A stretch of DNA of 61,479 nt, filler included. It is 5 parts of 5 records of this genome, joined end to end, with 100 filler letters (N's around TTAATTAATTAA, not from the genome) between each part and the next. Parts side by side here need not be neighbours in the genome. Positions count along the whole stretch, not along the records: positions 10,563 to 34,782 come from DRR723986_10636; 4 more parts are not named here. The stretch is one strand, 5' to 3'. Under the pieces are notes generated by a model, which was not told the DNA's origin, ran no database searches, and worked only from the letters and a program-made list of their open reading frames with translations. This document shows positions 10,563 to 22,078 of this stretch, piece by piece. Numbering within the stretch: the stretch's first letter is position 1; each line of letters starts with the position of its first letter. Both the position numbers and the translations under genes were made by a program.

Positions 10563-10770
10563 CGGTATCGTGCGCTGTGACCTGATCGCCGAAGGTATTA
10601 TCGGCGCAGTGAAAGAAGTGGGTGTGAGCGTACCAGTAGTTGTACGTCTCGAAGGTAACAATGCCGACCTGGGCTCTAAGTTGTTGTCAGAGTCTGGCTT
10701 GGACATCATCGCGGCAACCAGTCTGACCGACGCGGCTCAGCAGGCTGTTAAAGCAGCGGAGGGTAAATAA
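10563..10770 (+). CDS. sucC: Succinyl-CoA synthetase beta subunit, 3' fragment
   Basis: [13 protein letters not shown]...[11 protein letters not shown]; stop overlaps the sucD start. Confidence 0.95.
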
Positions 10771-11642
10771 TGGCTATTCTGATCAATAAAGACACCAAGG
10801 TTATCTGCCAGGGTTTCACCGGTGGTCAGGGTACCTTCCACTCTGAGCAAGCGATTGCCTACGGCACGAAAATGGTTGGCGGTGTTACGCCAGGCAAAGG
10901 CGGCACTGAGCACCTGGGCCTGCCCGTGTTCAATACCGTTAAAGAAGCTGTAGAAGCGACTGGCGCAGAAGCGTCCGTTATCTACGTACCTGCGCCATTC
11001 TGCAAAGACTCCATCCTGGAAGCGGCAAACGCAGGTATCAAGCTGATCGTATGTATCACCGAGCACATCCCCGTACTGGACATGCTTGAGTGTAAAGTGA
11101 AGTGTGACGAGCTGGGCGTTCGCCTGGTTGGCCCTAACTGCCCAGGTGTTATCACTCCGGGCGAGTGCAAAATCGGCATCATGCCAGGCCACATTCACTT
11201 GCCGGGTAAAGTGGGCATCGTATCGCGCTCCGGTACACTGACCTATGAAGCGGTTAAGCAAACCACTGATTACGGTTTCGGCCAATCTACTTGCGTAGGT
11301 ATCGGTGGTGACCCGATCCCGGGCTCTAACTTCATCGACATTCTGGAAATGTTCGAGAAAGACCCCGGCACTGAAGCGATCGTTATGATCGGTGAAATCG
11401 GCGGAACTGCAGAAGAAGAGGCGGCAGCCTACATCAAAGCAAACGTAAGCAAGCCAGTGGTTTCTTACATTGCCGGTGTGACTGCACCTCCAGGCAAACG
11501 TATGGGCCACGCTGGCGCCATCATCTCGGGCGGTAAAGGTACTGCCGATGAGAAGTTTGCTGCACTTGAAGATGCAGGCGTTAAAACCGTGCGCTCACTG
11601 GCGCAAATCGGTGATGCACTGAAAGAAGTTACTGGCTGGTAA
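10770..11642 (+). CDS. sucD: Succinyl-CoA synthetase alpha subunit
   Basis: [25 protein letters not shown] phospho-His motif. Confidence 0.98.
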   Translation: MAILINKDTKVICQGFTGGQGTFHSEQAIAYGTKMVGGVTPGKGGTEHLGLPVFNTVKEAVEATGAEASVIYVPAPFCKDSILEAANAGIKLIVCITEHIPVLDMLECKVKCDELGVRLVGPNCPGVITPGECKIGIMPGHIHLPGKVGIVSRSGTLTYEAVKQTTDYGFGQSTCVGIGGDPIPGSNFIDILEMFEKDPGTEAIVMIGEIGGTAEEEAAAYIKANVSKPVVSYIAGVTAPPGKRMGHAGAIISGGKGTADEKFAALEDAGVKTVRSLAQIGDALKEVTGW

Positions 11643-11658
11643 GTTCGGCCGTAACGCT

Positions 11659-11685
11659 AAGAGGGCGGCTTCGGCCGCCTTTTTT
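11659..11685 (+). terminator. Intrinsic terminator after sucD
   Basis: GGCGGC-TTCG-GCCGCC followed by a T-run. Confidence 0.9.
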
Positions 11686-11746
11686 GTGTCTGCTTATTTT
11701 GCGGCTTGAATCCGACGCATCGTCTTCAAGTCGTGCTTGTGTTAAA

Positions 11747-11766
11747 AAGTGAACTATGATTCACTT
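11747..11766. promoter_or_regulatory. Probable TetR autoregulatory operator
   Basis: AAGTGAA-ctatga-TTCACTT palindrome ~20 nt before the tetR start. Confidence 0.65.
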
Positions 11767-11785
11767 CTTGTGGTGAGACAGTGTT

Positions 11786-12385
11786 ATGGCTTACAGAGAA
11801 ACGCCACCCATCGCCAAACGTAAGGCCGAATTGCGTGAGCGGCTGCTGAAAAGCGCCGAATCACTGGTAAGGGAAGGGGGCTTTAAAGCGCTGACCATTC
11901 AAGCCCTCGCCGCCGATGCGCAGGTGAGCGTGGGGTCGGTCTACCGGTATTTCAAAAACAAGGATCAACTGGCGACGGAAGTCTTCTCCCATGCCAGCCG
12001 CCGCGAAGTGCGGGCCGTTGCCGACGCCCTGGAGGGCGTTGGTGATGCAAGGGGGCAGATCGTCGCCGGAACGCGTTGTTTTGCCGAGCGCGCTTTTATG
12101 GCGCCCCAGTTTGCCTGGGCGTTGATCGCCGAGCCGGTCGACCCAGCTGTGGATGAGGCGCGTATTAATTTTCGCCGAGACTACACTGCGCTGTTCGAGA
12201 AAGTGGTCAAACGCGGGGTTGAGAGCGGAGAGTTTTGCCAACAACCAGCGGCGCTGGTAGCACCCGCACTGGTTGGTGCACTGGCAGAAAGTTTGCTCGG
12301 GCCGTTGGCAGAGTCCGAGCGCAGTAGCGACATGATTGATGAACTTTGCCTGTTCTGCTTACGAGCGGTGGGGGCGAAAGACTAG
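11786..12385 (+). CDS. TetR/AcrR-family regulator
   Basis: HTH ...TIQALAADAQVSVGSVYRYFKNKDQL. Confidence 0.93.
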   Translation: MAYRETPPIAKRKAELRERLLKSAESLVREGGFKALTIQALAADAQVSVGSVYRYFKNKDQLATEVFSHASRREVRAVADALEGVGDARGQIVAGTRCFAERAFMAPQFAWALIAEPVDPAVDEARINFRRDYTALFEKVVKRGVESGEFCQQPAALVAPALVGALAESLLGPLAESERSSDMIDELCLFCLRAVGAKD

Positions 12386-12393
12386 GAGGGCTT

Positions 12394-14079
12394 ATGGAGC
12401 CGTTGAAGAATCAAAACCCCAGTAGCGATGACGCAAATAACACCGTGAATACCCATTCGGTGTTCAACCAATCTCAAGCGCTGGAAAACACCAACCTCTT
12501 CGACGACGACATCGCCCTGCAGCAGGCGCTGACCAGCTATGCGCCAGGCGCTGCTCTCGATGCCCTGCGCGACTATGGTCAGCGCTGTGGCAGCGCTGAG
12601 GTGATTGCCTGGGGCTTTGACGCCAATGAGCAAAAGCCCCAGTTCGACAGCCACGACCGCTTTGGTCATCGCGTGGATGAGGTGCGTTTTCACCCCTCGT
12701 ATCACAAGCTGATGAAAATGGCCTTGGAGCAGGGCATTCACGCAATGCCTTGGCAGGGCGACATTGCTCAGGCCCACACACAGCGCGCTGCGTATAGTTA
12801 TATGCAAAGTCAGGTTGAAGCCGGACACGGCTGCCCGTTGACCATGACCTTTGCCGCAGTGCCCACCTTGAATCTCACGCCGAGTATCGCCAAGCAATGG
12901 TTGCCCAAAGTGCTGGCGCAGGGCTATGAGCCCGAGAACAAGCCCTATTTTGAAAAGCAGGCCGTCACCATTGGCATGGGTATGACCGAGAAACAGGGTG
13001 GCAGTGATGTGCGTGCCAACACCTCGGTCGCCCGCGCTGTTGGCGCTCAGGGCCCGGGTGAACTCTACGAAATTACCGGCCACAAGTGGTTTTTATCCGC
13101 ACCGATGTGCGACGCCTTTTTAATGCTGGCGCAGTCGGCGGGCGGCTTGAGCTGTTTTCTGGTGCCGCGCTGGCGACCGGATGGCGAGAAGAACTCGTTG
13201 TTTGTACAGCGCCTAAAAAACAAGATGGGCAACGTTTCAAACGCCTCCTCAGAGGTCGAAATGCGCGCTGCTCAAGGTTGGATGGTCGGCGAGGAAGGTA
13301 GGGGCGTTCCCGCCATCATAGAAATGGTCGCCTTGACCCGCTTCGACTGCATGGTGGGCTCTACCGCGGGCCAGCGCCAAGCCGTTGCCCAGGCCGCGCA
13401 CCACGCCAGCCAGCGTGAAGCCTTTGGCAAGCGCTTAATCGAGCAGCCCCTCATGCAAAACGTGCTGGCAGACCTGCAGTTGGAGGTGGAGGGATCGTTG
13501 GCCATGACCCTGCGCATGGCTGCCGCGCTGGACGCCAAGACCGACGACGAAAAGCTGCTGCTCCGCTTGGGTTGCGCGGTCGGGAAATTTTGGATCTGCA
13601 AACGCACACCCGGCCATGCCTACGAGGCCATGGAGTGCCTCGGCGGCAACGGCGTCATTGAAAATTGCATTATGCCGCGTTTGTACCGCGAGGCGCCGAT
13701 TAATGCGATATGGGAAGGCTCGGGGAATATTCAGGCGCTGGATGTGCTGCGCGCCTTTAATAAATCGCCCGAGGTTCAGCAGCGTTGGTTTACTGAATTG
13801 GAACAGGTTCGCGGTCAATCGGCAGTGCTGGACCAGAGTATCGATGCGTTGCGGCAGTCGCTGGCGGATCGCGATGGCGTTGAATACGCCGCCCGTCGCT
13901 TGGTTGAGCAAATGGCGCTGTGTCTGCAAGCGGCGCTATTGCTAAAAAATGGCGACCCTGTGGTGGCCGAGGCCTTTATCGCCTCGCGTTTGCAGCAGCC
14001 CCGCGGGGTGTATGGTTGCCTGCCCAAAGGCGTGGATGTGGCGCATATTGTTCGGCGTATTTTACCCGAACGTCTGTAA
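12394..14079 (+). CDS. Acyl-CoA dehydrogenase, AidB-like
   Basis: [58 protein letters not shown] before ATG 12394. Confidence 0.92.
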   Translation: MEPLKNQNPSSDDANNTVNTHSVFNQSQALENTNLFDDDIALQQALTSYAPGAALDALRDYGQRCGSAEVIAWGFDANEQKPQFDSHDRFGHRVDEVRFHPSYHKLMKMALEQGIHAMPWQGDIAQAHTQRAAYSYMQSQVEAGHGCPLTMTFAAVPTLNLTPSIAKQWLPKVLAQGYEPENKPYFEKQAVTIGMGMTEKQGGSDVRANTSVARAVGAQGPGELYEITGHKWFLSAPMCDAFLMLAQSAGGLSCFLVPRWRPDGEKNSLFVQRLKNKMGNVSNASSEVEMRAAQGWMVGEEGRGVPAIIEMVALTRFDCMVGSTAGQRQAVAQAAHHASQREAFGKRLIEQPLMQNVLADLQLEVEGSLAMTLRMAAALDAKTDDEKLLLRLGCAVGKFWICKRTPGHAYEAMECLGGNGVIENCIMPRLYREAPINAIWEGSGNIQALDVLRAFNKSPEVQQRWFTELEQVRGQSAVLDQSIDALRQSLADRDGVEYAARRLVEQMALCLQAALLLKNGDPVVAEAFIASRLQQPRGVYGCLPKGVDVAHIVRRILPERL

Positions 14080-14083
14080 AGGT

Positions 14084-14110
14084 CTTGAAATTGGACAGCC
14101 TGTCCCCATA
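14084..14110 (+). promoter_or_regulatory. Sigma-32 (RpoH) heat-shock promoter of htpG
   Basis: CTTGAAA-N13-CCCCATA matches the RpoH consensus, ~55 nt before htpG. Confidence 0.9.
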
Positions 14111-14164
14111 AAGCTTACACGTCCCGCTGGGGCGAACGATAAATTAGCTTTACAGGTGATAGGC

Positions 14165-16066
14165 ATGTCCACAGCAGAAAAAGAAACTCTGGGATTTCAA
14201 ACCGAAGCGAAGCAAATGCTTCAGCTGATGATCCACTCCATGTACAGCAACAAGGAAATTTTCCTTCGCGAGCTGGTTTCTAATGCTTCCGATGCGGCTG
14301 ACAAGCTGCGCTTTGAAGCGCTTTCCAATGACAGCCTGTTTGAAAACGACCCCAATCTTCGTGTGCGTGTAGAGGCCGACAAAGAGGCCGGCACGGTTAG
14401 CATTAGCGATAACGGCATTGGTATGAGCCGCGAGGAAGTGGTGGCCAACCTCGGCACTATCGCCCGTTCAGGCACCGCAGAATTTTTGAAAAATCTCAGC
14501 GGCGACAACAAGAAAGACTCGCAGCTTATCGGTCAGTTTGGTGTGGGTTTTTACTCGGCCTTTATCGTTGCTGAGCGCGTGGAAGTATTCACCCGTCGCG
14601 CAGGTGCCGATGCCTCGGAAGGTGTGCACTGGGAGTCGACTGGCGAAGCCGACTTCTCCATTGAAAGCTGCGAGCGCGCCGAGCGTGGTACCAAGGTGGT
14701 ACTGCACCTGCGCGAAGAAGACAAAGAATTTGCCGATGATTGGCGACTGCGTTCCATCATCAAGAAATACTCTGACCACATCAGCATTCCCGTAGAAATG
14801 CTAAAAACGGTTACCGCGGAAGAGGGTGAAGAAGCCCCCGAGCCAGAGTTTGAAAGCATCAACTCCGCCACAGCGCTGTGGACGCGCCCGCGCAACGAAG
14901 TGAAGGACGACGAATACCAAGCCTTCTATAAGCACGTGAGCCACGACTTTGCTGAGCCGCTCACCTGGAGTCACAACAAGGTTGAAGGCAAGCTGGAATA
15001 TACCAGCCTGCTATACCTGCCATCGCAGCCACCGATGGATATGTGGAACCGCGACGCGGCGCGGGGCGTTAAGCTCTATGTGCAGCGCACCTTCATTATG
15101 GACGACGCCGAGCAATTCCTGCCGCTGTACCTGCGCTTTGTAAAAGGTGTGGTGGACTCCAACGACCTATCGCTCAATGTATCGCGCGAAATTCTTCAGC
15201 AAGACCCCGCTGTGGATGCGATGAAAACGGCACTGACCAAGCGCGTGCTGGACATGTTGGGCAAGCTGGCGAAGAACGACACGGAGAAATACCAAACGTT
15301 CTGGAAGGCCTTTGGTCAGGTATTGAAAGAAGGCCCGGCTGAAGACTTCAGCAACCGCGAAAAGATTGCCAAGCTGCTGCGCTTTGCCACCACCCACGAC
15401 GACAAAGCCGAACAGCTGCACTCCCTGGAAGACTACGTAGCACGTATGAAAGAGGGGCAGGAGAAAATCTACTACGTGGTGGCTGAAAACCATCGCACCG
15501 CGTCCAGCAGCCCTCACCTGGAAGTGTTTCGCAAGAAAGGTATCGAAGTCTTACTGCTTTCTGACCGCGTCGACGACTGGCTCATGAATCACCTCGCTGA
15601 GTTCGATGGCAAAGCCTTCCAGGATGTTGGCCGCGGCCAGCTGGACCTTGGTGAGCTGGAAAACGAAGACGAGAAAAAAGCGCAGGAAGAACTGGCTGAA
15701 GAGCACAAAGACCTGATTGAGCGCGTTGCCAAGGCGCTGGGTGAAAAGGTTGAAGAGGTGCGCGCGACGAGCCGACTGACCAGTTCGCCGGCGTGTCTGG
15801 TAGTGGGTGACCACGATATGGGCGCGCAGATGCGGCGTATCCTCGAAGCCGCTGGCCAGGCGCTGCCCGAGTCCAAGCCGATTTTCGAGCTGAACCCAGA
15901 GCACCCGCTGGTGCAAAAACTGGACAAAGAGCCCGATGAAGACCGTTTTGCCGACCTTGTCGATATTCTCTTTAATCAGGCGCATTTGGCCGAGGGCGCG
16001 CAGCTGGAAGACCCTGCGGACTACGTTAACAAGCTGAATAAGCTGCTGCTGGAACTCAGCGCCTAG
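14165..16066 (+). CDS. htpG: Molecular chaperone HtpG (Hsp90)
   Basis: [36 protein letters not shown]; start [11 protein letters not shown]. Confidence 0.98.
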   Translation: MSTAEKETLGFQTEAKQMLQLMIHSMYSNKEIFLRELVSNASDAADKLRFEALSNDSLFENDPNLRVRVEADKEAGTVSISDNGIGMSREEVVANLGTIARSGTAEFLKNLSGDNKKDSQLIGQFGVGFYSAFIVAERVEVFTRRAGADASEGVHWESTGEADFSIESCERAERGTKVVLHLREEDKEFADDWRLRSIIKKYSDHISIPVEMLKTVTAEEGEEAPEPEFESINSATALWTRPRNEVKDDEYQAFYKHVSHDFAEPLTWSHNKVEGKLEYTSLLYLPSQPPMDMWNRDAARGVKLYVQRTFIMDDAEQFLPLYLRFVKGVVDSNDLSLNVSREILQQDPAVDAMKTALTKRVLDMLGKLAKNDTEKYQTFWKAFGQVLKEGPAEDFSNREKIAKLLRFATTHDDKAEQLHSLEDYVARMKEGQEKIYYVVAENHRTASSSPHLEVFRKKGIEVLLLSDRVDDWLMNHLAEFDGKAFQDVGRGQLDLGELENEDEKKAQEELAEEHKDLIERVAKALGEKVEEVRATSRLTSSPACLVVGDHDMGAQMRRILEAAGQALPESKPIFELNPEHPLVQKLDKEPDEDRFADLVDILFNQAHLAEGAQLEDPADYVNKLNKLLLELSA

Positions 16067-16092
16067 CGTAAGCGCAAGAACCACAGTGAATA

Positions 16093-16120
16093 GAGCGGCG
16101 CTTCGGCGCCGCTTTTTTTT
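16093..16120 (+). terminator. Intrinsic terminator after htpG
   Basis: AGCGGCGC-TTCG-GCGCCGCT plus T-run. Confidence 0.92.
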
Positions 16121-16185
16121 CGACGCCGTTCTTCATCGCCGCAGCGCAATGATAAACTGCATGAAAAACAACAAGCGGAGCCGCA

Positions 16186-17208
16186 ATGACGGACAAGCAT
16201 AAAGTAGCCATAGTGGGTGGGGGCAGTTTCGGTACGGCAATCGCCAATATTGTTGCCGATAACGGCCATGATGTGTGCCTGTGGATGCGTAACGCCGAGC
16301 GCGTCGCCGAGGTGAACGAGCAGCACAGTAACAGCGCCTACCTGCCCGATATTTCCCTGAACCCCGCCCTGCGCGCCAGCACCGATCTGGCCGAAACCGT
16401 AAAGGGCTGCGACGTGGTCTTCGTTGCCGTGCCCAGCAAGTCTTGCCGCGATGTGGCTCGCCAACTGGCGCCGTTATTAGCCGACGGCACTATGGTGGTC
16501 AGCACGACCAAGGGTATCGAGGTCGACAGCAATGAACTGATGAGCGAAGTTTTGCGAGAAGAGCTGGGCAATGTCAGCATCGGCGTGATGAGTGGGCCAA
16601 ACCTTGCCAAAGAGTTGGCAGCTCGGGAAATTACCGGCACGGTTATCGCCAGTGCTGATGAGCAGCTTACTCAGTGTATTCAAGACCTGCTGCAGTGCTC
16701 GTATTTTCGTGTATACGCGGGTAGCGATATCTACGGGGTGGAGCTGGCCGGTGCCCTGAAAAACGTCTACGCCATCGTCGCAGGTTTGGCCGCGGCACTG
16801 GGCGTGGGGCACAACACGATCAGTATGCTGGTTACCCGCAGCTTGGCGGAAATGAGCCGCTACGCCGTGCAAAAGGGCGCTGACCCCTTAACCTTTTTGG
16901 GCCTGGCCGGTGTGGGCGATTTGTTCGTAACCTGTACCTCGCCACTGAGCCGCAACTACCGCGTGGGTTATGCGCTGGGGCAGGGGCGGGATCTGAACGA
17001 AGTCGTCGCTGAGCTTGGGCAAGTGGCGGAAGGGGTGAATACCCTAAAGCTGCTCAAGCAGCAATCTCAGCAGCTGGATATATACATGCCGTTGGTCAAT
17101 GGTTTGTACGCCATCATTTACGAGGGCAAAACCGTGCAAGAAGTGATTGGCGATATGATGTGGGCGGAGCAAAACCGCGACGTTGAATTTGCAGTGCAGA
17201 AAAGCTGA
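16186..17208 (+). CDS. gpsA: NAD(P)H-dependent glycerol-3-phosphate dehydrogenase
   Basis: GGGSFGTA, SGPNLA, GALKNV, GLAGVGDLFVTCTSPLSRN. Confidence 0.96.
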   Translation: MTDKHKVAIVGGGSFGTAIANIVADNGHDVCLWMRNAERVAEVNEQHSNSAYLPDISLNPALRASTDLAETVKGCDVVFVAVPSKSCRDVARQLAPLLADGTMVVSTTKGIEVDSNELMSEVLREELGNVSIGVMSGPNLAKELAAREITGTVIASADEQLTQCIQDLLQCSYFRVYAGSDIYGVELAGALKNVYAIVAGLAAALGVGHNTISMLVTRSLAEMSRYAVQKGADPLTFLGLAGVGDLFVTCTSPLSRNYRVGYALGQGRDLNEVVAELGQVAEGVNTLKLLKQQSQQLDIYMPLVNGLYAIIYEGKTVQEVIGDMMWAEQNRDVEFAVQKS

Positions 17209-17684
17209 TGGAAATAGTCTTAATTCGCCACGGCGCGGCATCGTGGGATGCCGCTACCGATATGGAACGCGAACTCACCGAGCGCGGCATTGCTGAAGTT
17301 GAAGCCGCAGCGCAGTGGCTTGGCCAGCAAGATTGGCGCCCCGAGGAAGTCTGGGTAAGCCCCTACCGCCGCGCCCAGCAAAGCGCCGCTATTATCAATG
17401 CTGATTGGCAGCTACCCCAGCGTAATAAAGCCTGTCTGACCCCGGATAATCGACTCGAAGACCTTGATACCATGCTGTCGACGTTTCGCGGTCAGCGCCT
17501 GCTGCTAGTGGGGCACAACCCACTACTCAGTAATGCGCTGGCTCACTGGCAGGGCGAGTCACAATCCTATTGGGGGCTGCAAACTGCCAGTATGGCTCGT
17601 GTTGACGCCGAGGTGTTCGCCCCGGGCTGCGGCAACTTGCAATGGCTGCGTCACTTCCCGAACTACGCTCACAATGGCCGCTAG
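17208..17684 (+). CDS. sixA: Phosphohistidine phosphatase SixA
   Basis: LIRHG, SPYRRAQQSA, LLVGHNP; coupled to gpsA. Confidence 0.88.
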   Translation: MEIVLIRHGAASWDAATDMERELTERGIAEVEAAAQWLGQQDWRPEEVWVSPYRRAQQSAAIINADWQLPQRNKACLTPDNRLEDLDTMLSTFRGQRLLLVGHNPLLSNALAHWQGESQSYWGLQTASMARVDAEVFAPGCGNLQWLRHFPNYAHNGR

Positions 17685-17688
17685 TACT

Positions 17689-18558
17689 ATGACGACTGTC
17701 TCAGCAGAATCGCTCAGTTTTGAGGTGGAAGGTCTGCACATAGCCGCGCAAGCCTGGGGCCAGGCCGATGGTATTCCAGTGCTTGCCCTGCATGGTTGGC
17801 TGGACAATGCCGCCAGTTTTGCCGCTATTGCCGAGTATCTCCAGCAGCAGGGCAACCCGCTGCGCATTGTTGCGCTCGATCTGCCCGGCCACGGGAATAG
17901 CGGTCACAAACCGCCGTCGGGTAACTACGCCATTTGGGACGATCTGCGAATTATCTGCGGTGTGGCCGAACAACTCGGCTGGTCCCAATACAGCCTGTTG
18001 GCCCACTCACGCGGCGCGATGATCGCGGCGCTGCTGGCGTCGGCTATGCCAGACAATATTCGCGCGGTCGTCTGCATCGACGGTTTGCTGGCCGACCCGC
18101 AAGCGGGTGAAGAATTCCCCAAACAGCTGCAGCGCTATCTAAACGGATTTTCCAACCAGGGGCGACCGCCACGCGCGTTTGATACCCTGGAAGACGCCGC
18201 CGCCGCGCGTATTAAAGTAATGCCCATGAGCAAGCGTTCGGCCCGCGCCATTGCCGAGCGCGGCACTTATCAGGGTGACGACGGCAAGTTTTATTGGCGC
18301 AGCGATCGCCGCCTTGCACTTGCCTCCCCGCATAAACTGACCGCAGAGCAATGGCGGGCCGTGCTGCACGGCATTCACGCGCCGCTGCTGTTTATTGCCG
18401 CTAAACAGGGCTTTGGCCAGGAAATACTCGCACTAAGCGACGCCAGGCCGAAGGCCTTTAGCACACTGGATGTTGATGGCGACCATCACTGCCATATGGA
18501 TAGCTGCGTTGAGGAGGTGGCTGAAGCGGTTAGGGGACACTTTCTATTGCAAGTCTAA
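17689..18558 (+). CDS. Alpha/beta-fold hydrolase
   Basis: LHGWLDNAASF, DLPGHG, AHSRG nucleophile elbow, GDHHCHM; start 17674 also possible. Confidence 0.88.
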   Translation: MTTVSAESLSFEVEGLHIAAQAWGQADGIPVLALHGWLDNAASFAAIAEYLQQQGNPLRIVALDLPGHGNSGHKPPSGNYAIWDDLRIICGVAEQLGWSQYSLLAHSRGAMIAALLASAMPDNIRAVVCIDGLLADPQAGEEFPKQLQRYLNGFSNQGRPPRAFDTLEDAAAARIKVMPMSKRSARAIAERGTYQGDDGKFYWRSDRRLALASPHKLTAEQWRAVLHGIHAPLLFIAAKQGFGQEILALSDARPKAFSTLDVDGDHHCHMDSCVEEVAEAVRGHFLLQV

Positions 18559-18673
18559 TTGCAATAGTGAGTGGACTGAAAAGAGCCTCCTTATTTCGCT
18601 ATAGCGTTGGGGGCGCGTGACCTGTGAAATGAATAGACTGGGCAAACCAATACTACTTTAAAGGAGCGCGAAT

Positions 18674-19150
18674 ATGGCTACTCATGAAATAGGCGACTGT
18701 ATTTGTCAAGCTGGAGGGTGGAGTATAGCGTCGACACTTACGCTCTTAGCGGTATTCGTGGCTCTGTTCGGCGAGCGTATGTGGAAACTTTTTGATGGCA
18801 AGCGAAAGAGATCCGTAGTGCGACAGGTTTTAATCCAGCTTTTAGAGTCCGCGAAGGAAAACCTTGAAAGGATTCGGGACGAGAGAAATAGGAATGACGA
18901 ATCCAATTCCTCGATTAAATTCAGCGATACATCAATGGGAGAGATTGAGCACTACGCAGACCTTCTTCAAACCCTCATAATTCCGAATCTTGTAGATCTG
19001 AAGCTACCTGAAAACTCAAAAACGGTGCAGTTACTTAATCAAATTAGACAGAATATTTCTGTTGCTCGGAAAAAAGGTTGTCTGAAAGAGGTGACTGTAA
19101 ATGCTTTAATAAGTGACACTTCGAGCGCAATAAGAGAACTCTCATCATAG
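18674..19150 (+). CDS. Hypothetical protein with one N-terminal hydrophobic helix, AT-rich
   Basis: 158-aa ORF with AAGGAG RBS filling the gap between convergent genes; no family recognised. Confidence 0.7.
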   Translation: MATHEIGDCICQAGGWSIASTLTLLAVFVALFGERMWKLFDGKRKRSVVRQVLIQLLESAKENLERIRDERNRNDESNSSIKFSDTSMGEIEHYADLLQTLIIPNLVDLKLPENSKTVQLLNQIRQNISVARKKGCLKEVTVNALISDTSSAIRELSS

Positions 19151-19185
19151 ATTATCTAATAGTCGAGAGGTCCCGAACCAAAAAT

Positions 19186-20190
19186 TTACTGCCTTTCTAA
19201 AACATCTGCTCGATCGAACCGCGAATTAAACGTGTGCCAGTAAAGCTGCACATCAGTGCTTTGCCTTGCGGCGTCTAAAAACGCGGCTGCGGCTTTGGCG
19301 GTATAGGTTTGATCCAGGGTAATACCGCACTCGGCGAATTTTTCCGTGGCGCTGCTTCCCGCTTTGGTGGCCACGCCGTAGCCATCGCCATAGTAACTGT
19401 CGACCAGTTTGGCGGTGGGTATTGTTGGCGGTGAGAGGCCTGCTTTTGTCAGCGCGGCGCATGTTTGCCTGATGAGTTGATTCACTGTGGCAGGGGTGCA
19501 GGTGGGAATGATGCCCAGGTGGGAAGGGGCGACTCTTATGCCAATAATATCGCTTTCTATGCCTGCTAGCGCAGCGCCAACGGTTAAGCCGGCAAGGGTG
19601 GCAGAGGAGCCAACGGGCACGAATATCTGGCTGGGCAATGGGCACTGGCTGGTGTCGATTTGCTGCCTTAACTCAAATGCTGCGTTGATAAAACCCATGG
19701 TTCCGGCAACGTTGGAGCCGCCAGCAAACAGAAAGTAGTGCCGGCGTGACAGGCGCTTGGGGTGAAGGTAGTAATGCCGCACGGTATTGGCGAGTGAGCC
19801 ACAATATTGTAGCTCGGCGCCAAAGTGTCGCATTCGCGCGAGGTTGTCGCGCACGGTGGTAGAGGGCGGTTGTTCAAATAACAGCACCGTGCAGCGCAGG
19901 CCCAATTGTTGGCACAGCATGGCGGTGGCAACGCCGTGGTTGGTGCCCGTGGCGCCGAAGGTGATTACATGCGTTTTGCCACGCGCCAGAACATCGGCCA
20001 AGATAAATTCCAGCTTGCGGAGTTTGTTGCCGCCATACACCGCGTGGGAAAGGTCGTCGCGTTTAATCCAGGCATTGCTGCCAATTCCGGATACTGGTTC
20101 AACTGGCGTGGGTAGGTCAGCGAGGGGGAGCCAGGGTAGGGCGCCGCTCAGTTGCGGGTAGCTGTCGAACAAGGGTCTTGTAGTGGTCAC
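19186..20190 (-). CDS. PLP-dependent ACC deaminase/D-cysteine desulfhydrase-family enzyme
   Basis: PTPVE, WIKRDD, YGGNKLRKLEF, LDQTYTAKA, LYWHT; GTG start 20190 inferred. Confidence 0.85.
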   Translation of the reverse strand: MTTTRPLFDSYPQLSGALPWLPLADLPTPVEPVSGIGSNAWIKRDDLSHAVYGGNKLRKLEFILADVLARGKTHVITFGATGTNHGVATAMLCQQLGLRCTVLLFEQPPSTTVRDNLARMRHFGAELQYCGSLANTVRHYYLHPKRLSRRHYFLFAGGSNVAGTMGFINAAFELRQQIDTSQCPLPSQIFVPVGSSATLAGLTVGAALAGIESDIIGIRVAPSHLGIIPTCTPATVNQLIRQTCAALTKAGLSPPTIPTAKLVDSYYGDGYGVATKAGSSATEKFAECGITLDQTYTAKAAAAFLDAARQSTDVQLYWHTFNSRFDRADVLERQ

Positions 20191-20289
20191 GCCATTTTTG
20201 TCTCGTTCTGGGCTGTTATACAAGAAAGAGAATAGCTGTTTGGCTCCGTCGCGGCGACGCATACCGTAATTTGGTCAATGATGTGGCAA

Positions 20290-20320
20290 TAAAAAAGGGC
20301 CATTCCGGCCCTTTTATTTT
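20290..20320 (-). terminator. Bidirectional-type intrinsic terminator downstream of folE
   Basis: AAAAGGGCC-attcc-GGCCCTTTT with A/T runs on both sides. Confidence 0.8.
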
Positions 20321-20350
20321 CCTTGTTGCCCAGTGGGCCAAAGCAACGCT

Positions 20351-20890
20351 TTATTTGATCAGCGACATAAACTCTGCCCGCGTGGCGGCGTTGTCTTTAA
20401 ACACGCCCAACATGGCGCTGGTGCGCATAACGGAGTTTTGCTTTTGCACGCCGCGCATCATCATGCACATATGGCGGGCTTCAATGATCACGGCCACGCC
20501 TTCGGCGCCAGTCACTTGTTGCACGGTGTCGGCGATCTGCGTGGTCAGGCCTTCTTGAATTTGCAGGCGGCGAGCGTAGAGGTCGACAATGCGAGCCACC
20601 TTAGACAGGCCCAAAACTTTGCCGTTGGGAATGTAGGCAACGTGGCATTTGCCGATGAAGGGTAGCAGGTGGTGCTCGCAGAGCGAGTAGAGTTCGATGT
20701 CGGAGACCACGACCATTTCGTTGGCGTCGGATTCAAACAGTGCGTCGTTAACGACTTCGTCAACACTGCGACGGTAACCCTCGGTAAGGAACTCAAAGGC
20801 TTTTGCCGCGCGTTTTGGCGTGTCGAGTAGGCCGTCACGCTCCAGGTCTTCACCAATTTGTTTGATGATCTCTTCGAATGCTTTTTCCAC
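20351..20890 (-). CDS. folE: GTP cyclohydrolase I
   Basis: [33 protein letters not shown]. Confidence 0.97.
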   Translation of the reverse strand: MEKAFEEIIKQIGEDLERDGLLDTPKRAAKAFEFLTEGYRRSVDEVVNDALFESDANEMVVVSDIELYSLCEHHLLPFIGKCHVAYIPNGKVLGLSKVARIVDLYARRLQIQEGLTTQIADTVQQVTGAEGVAVIIEARHMCMMMRGVQKQNSVMRTSAMLGVFKDNAATRAEFMSLIK

Positions 20891-21040
20891 CAGCTTCTCT
20901 TTTATGTCCTATAAACGAGCCGCAATGGTATCAGAGCCCTTACGCTTTCCCAAGCATGCTGGGCAGCGCTTTGGGGGCAGTGTAAACTTCGCGCTGGTTA
21001 TTATTGCTTGCTAAAAACGGGTTTATAGAAGGGCGCTGCG

Positions 21041-21952
21041 GTGGCACACAACAATGAGATTTGCCAACACCTGACCACGGTTCGGGACTACATTCGCTGG
21101 GGCCTGAGTGAATTCAGCCGCGCTGGACTGTTTTTTGGTCATGGCACCGATAATGCCCTGGACGAGGCCCGGCTGCTGGTGCTTCACGCCCTGGAGTTAC
21201 CCTTCGATAGCTCGGACGCGTTCCTGGATGCCACCTTGCTGCCCAGTGAGCGCGAGCATATTGTGCAGTTGCTACAGCGCAGAGTGGAAGAGCGTTTACC
21301 CGCCGCTTACTTAACCCATGAGGCGTGGTTTGCCGGGCTGTCATTTTATGTGGATGAGCGAGTATTGGTACCGCGCTCGCCCATTGCAGAACTGATCGAA
21401 AACGGTTTTGAACCGTGGTTAGCAAGCGAGCCCCAGCGCATATTGGACCTGTGCACCGGCAGCGCCTGTATTGGCATTGCCTGCGCTTATGCCTTTGACG
21501 ATGCCGAGGTGGATGTTGCGGATATTTCCGACGATGCGCTGGATGTCGCCGGCATCAATATTGCCCGCCACGAACTCGGCCACAGGGTGAAGGCTATTCA
21601 CTCCGATGTGTTTAGCGGCTTGAAGGGGCAGCGCTATTCCCTGATCGTTAGCAACCCGCCCTACGTAGACGCCAGAGACCTCGCGGAAATGCCCGCGGAA
21701 TATCATCGCGAGCCCGCGCTGGGGTTGGCGTCGGGCGAGGACGGCCTGGACCTGACTCGCCGAATCCTGCGCGACGCGGCCGACCATTTAGAGGAGGGTG
21801 GTTTGCTGGTAGTCGAGGTAGGCAATAGCTGGGTGGCACTTGAGCAGGCCTACCCGACATTGCCATTTACCTGGCTGGAGTTCGAGCGCGGCGGTCACGG
21901 CGTGTTTGCGCTGACCCGAGAGCAGCTGGTAGAGGCCGCGGATAGCCTCTGA
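21041..21952 (+). CDS. prmB: Ribosomal protein L3 glutamine methyltransferase
   Basis: [37 protein letters not shown]; upstream of aroC. Confidence 0.96.
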   Translation: MAHNNEICQHLTTVRDYIRWGLSEFSRAGLFFGHGTDNALDEARLLVLHALELPFDSSDAFLDATLLPSEREHIVQLLQRRVEERLPAAYLTHEAWFAGLSFYVDERVLVPRSPIAELIENGFEPWLASEPQRILDLCTGSACIGIACAYAFDDAEVDVADISDDALDVAGINIARHELGHRVKAIHSDVFSGLKGQRYSLIVSNPPYVDARDLAEMPAEYHREPALGLASGEDGLDLTRRILRDAADHLEEGGLLVVEVGNSWVALEQAYPTLPFTWLEFERGGHGVFALTREQLVEAADSL

Positions 21953-22078
21953 CTCAGACGCCGCTTTCACGTATAATTCAGGCGCTGTTCGTTCGGCACG
22001 GTTTGTCGCGCTTTGTAGAGTAATGATTTACGGCCAGGCAGTTTTGCCAGCCCTATTGTCCCAACGCAGGATTGTTTC

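Noticed and set aside
19151-19185. ATCTAAT after the ORFan as a cassette inverse core site
   Set aside because: Does not match RYYYAAC, has no paired GTTRRRY, and the spacer is too short
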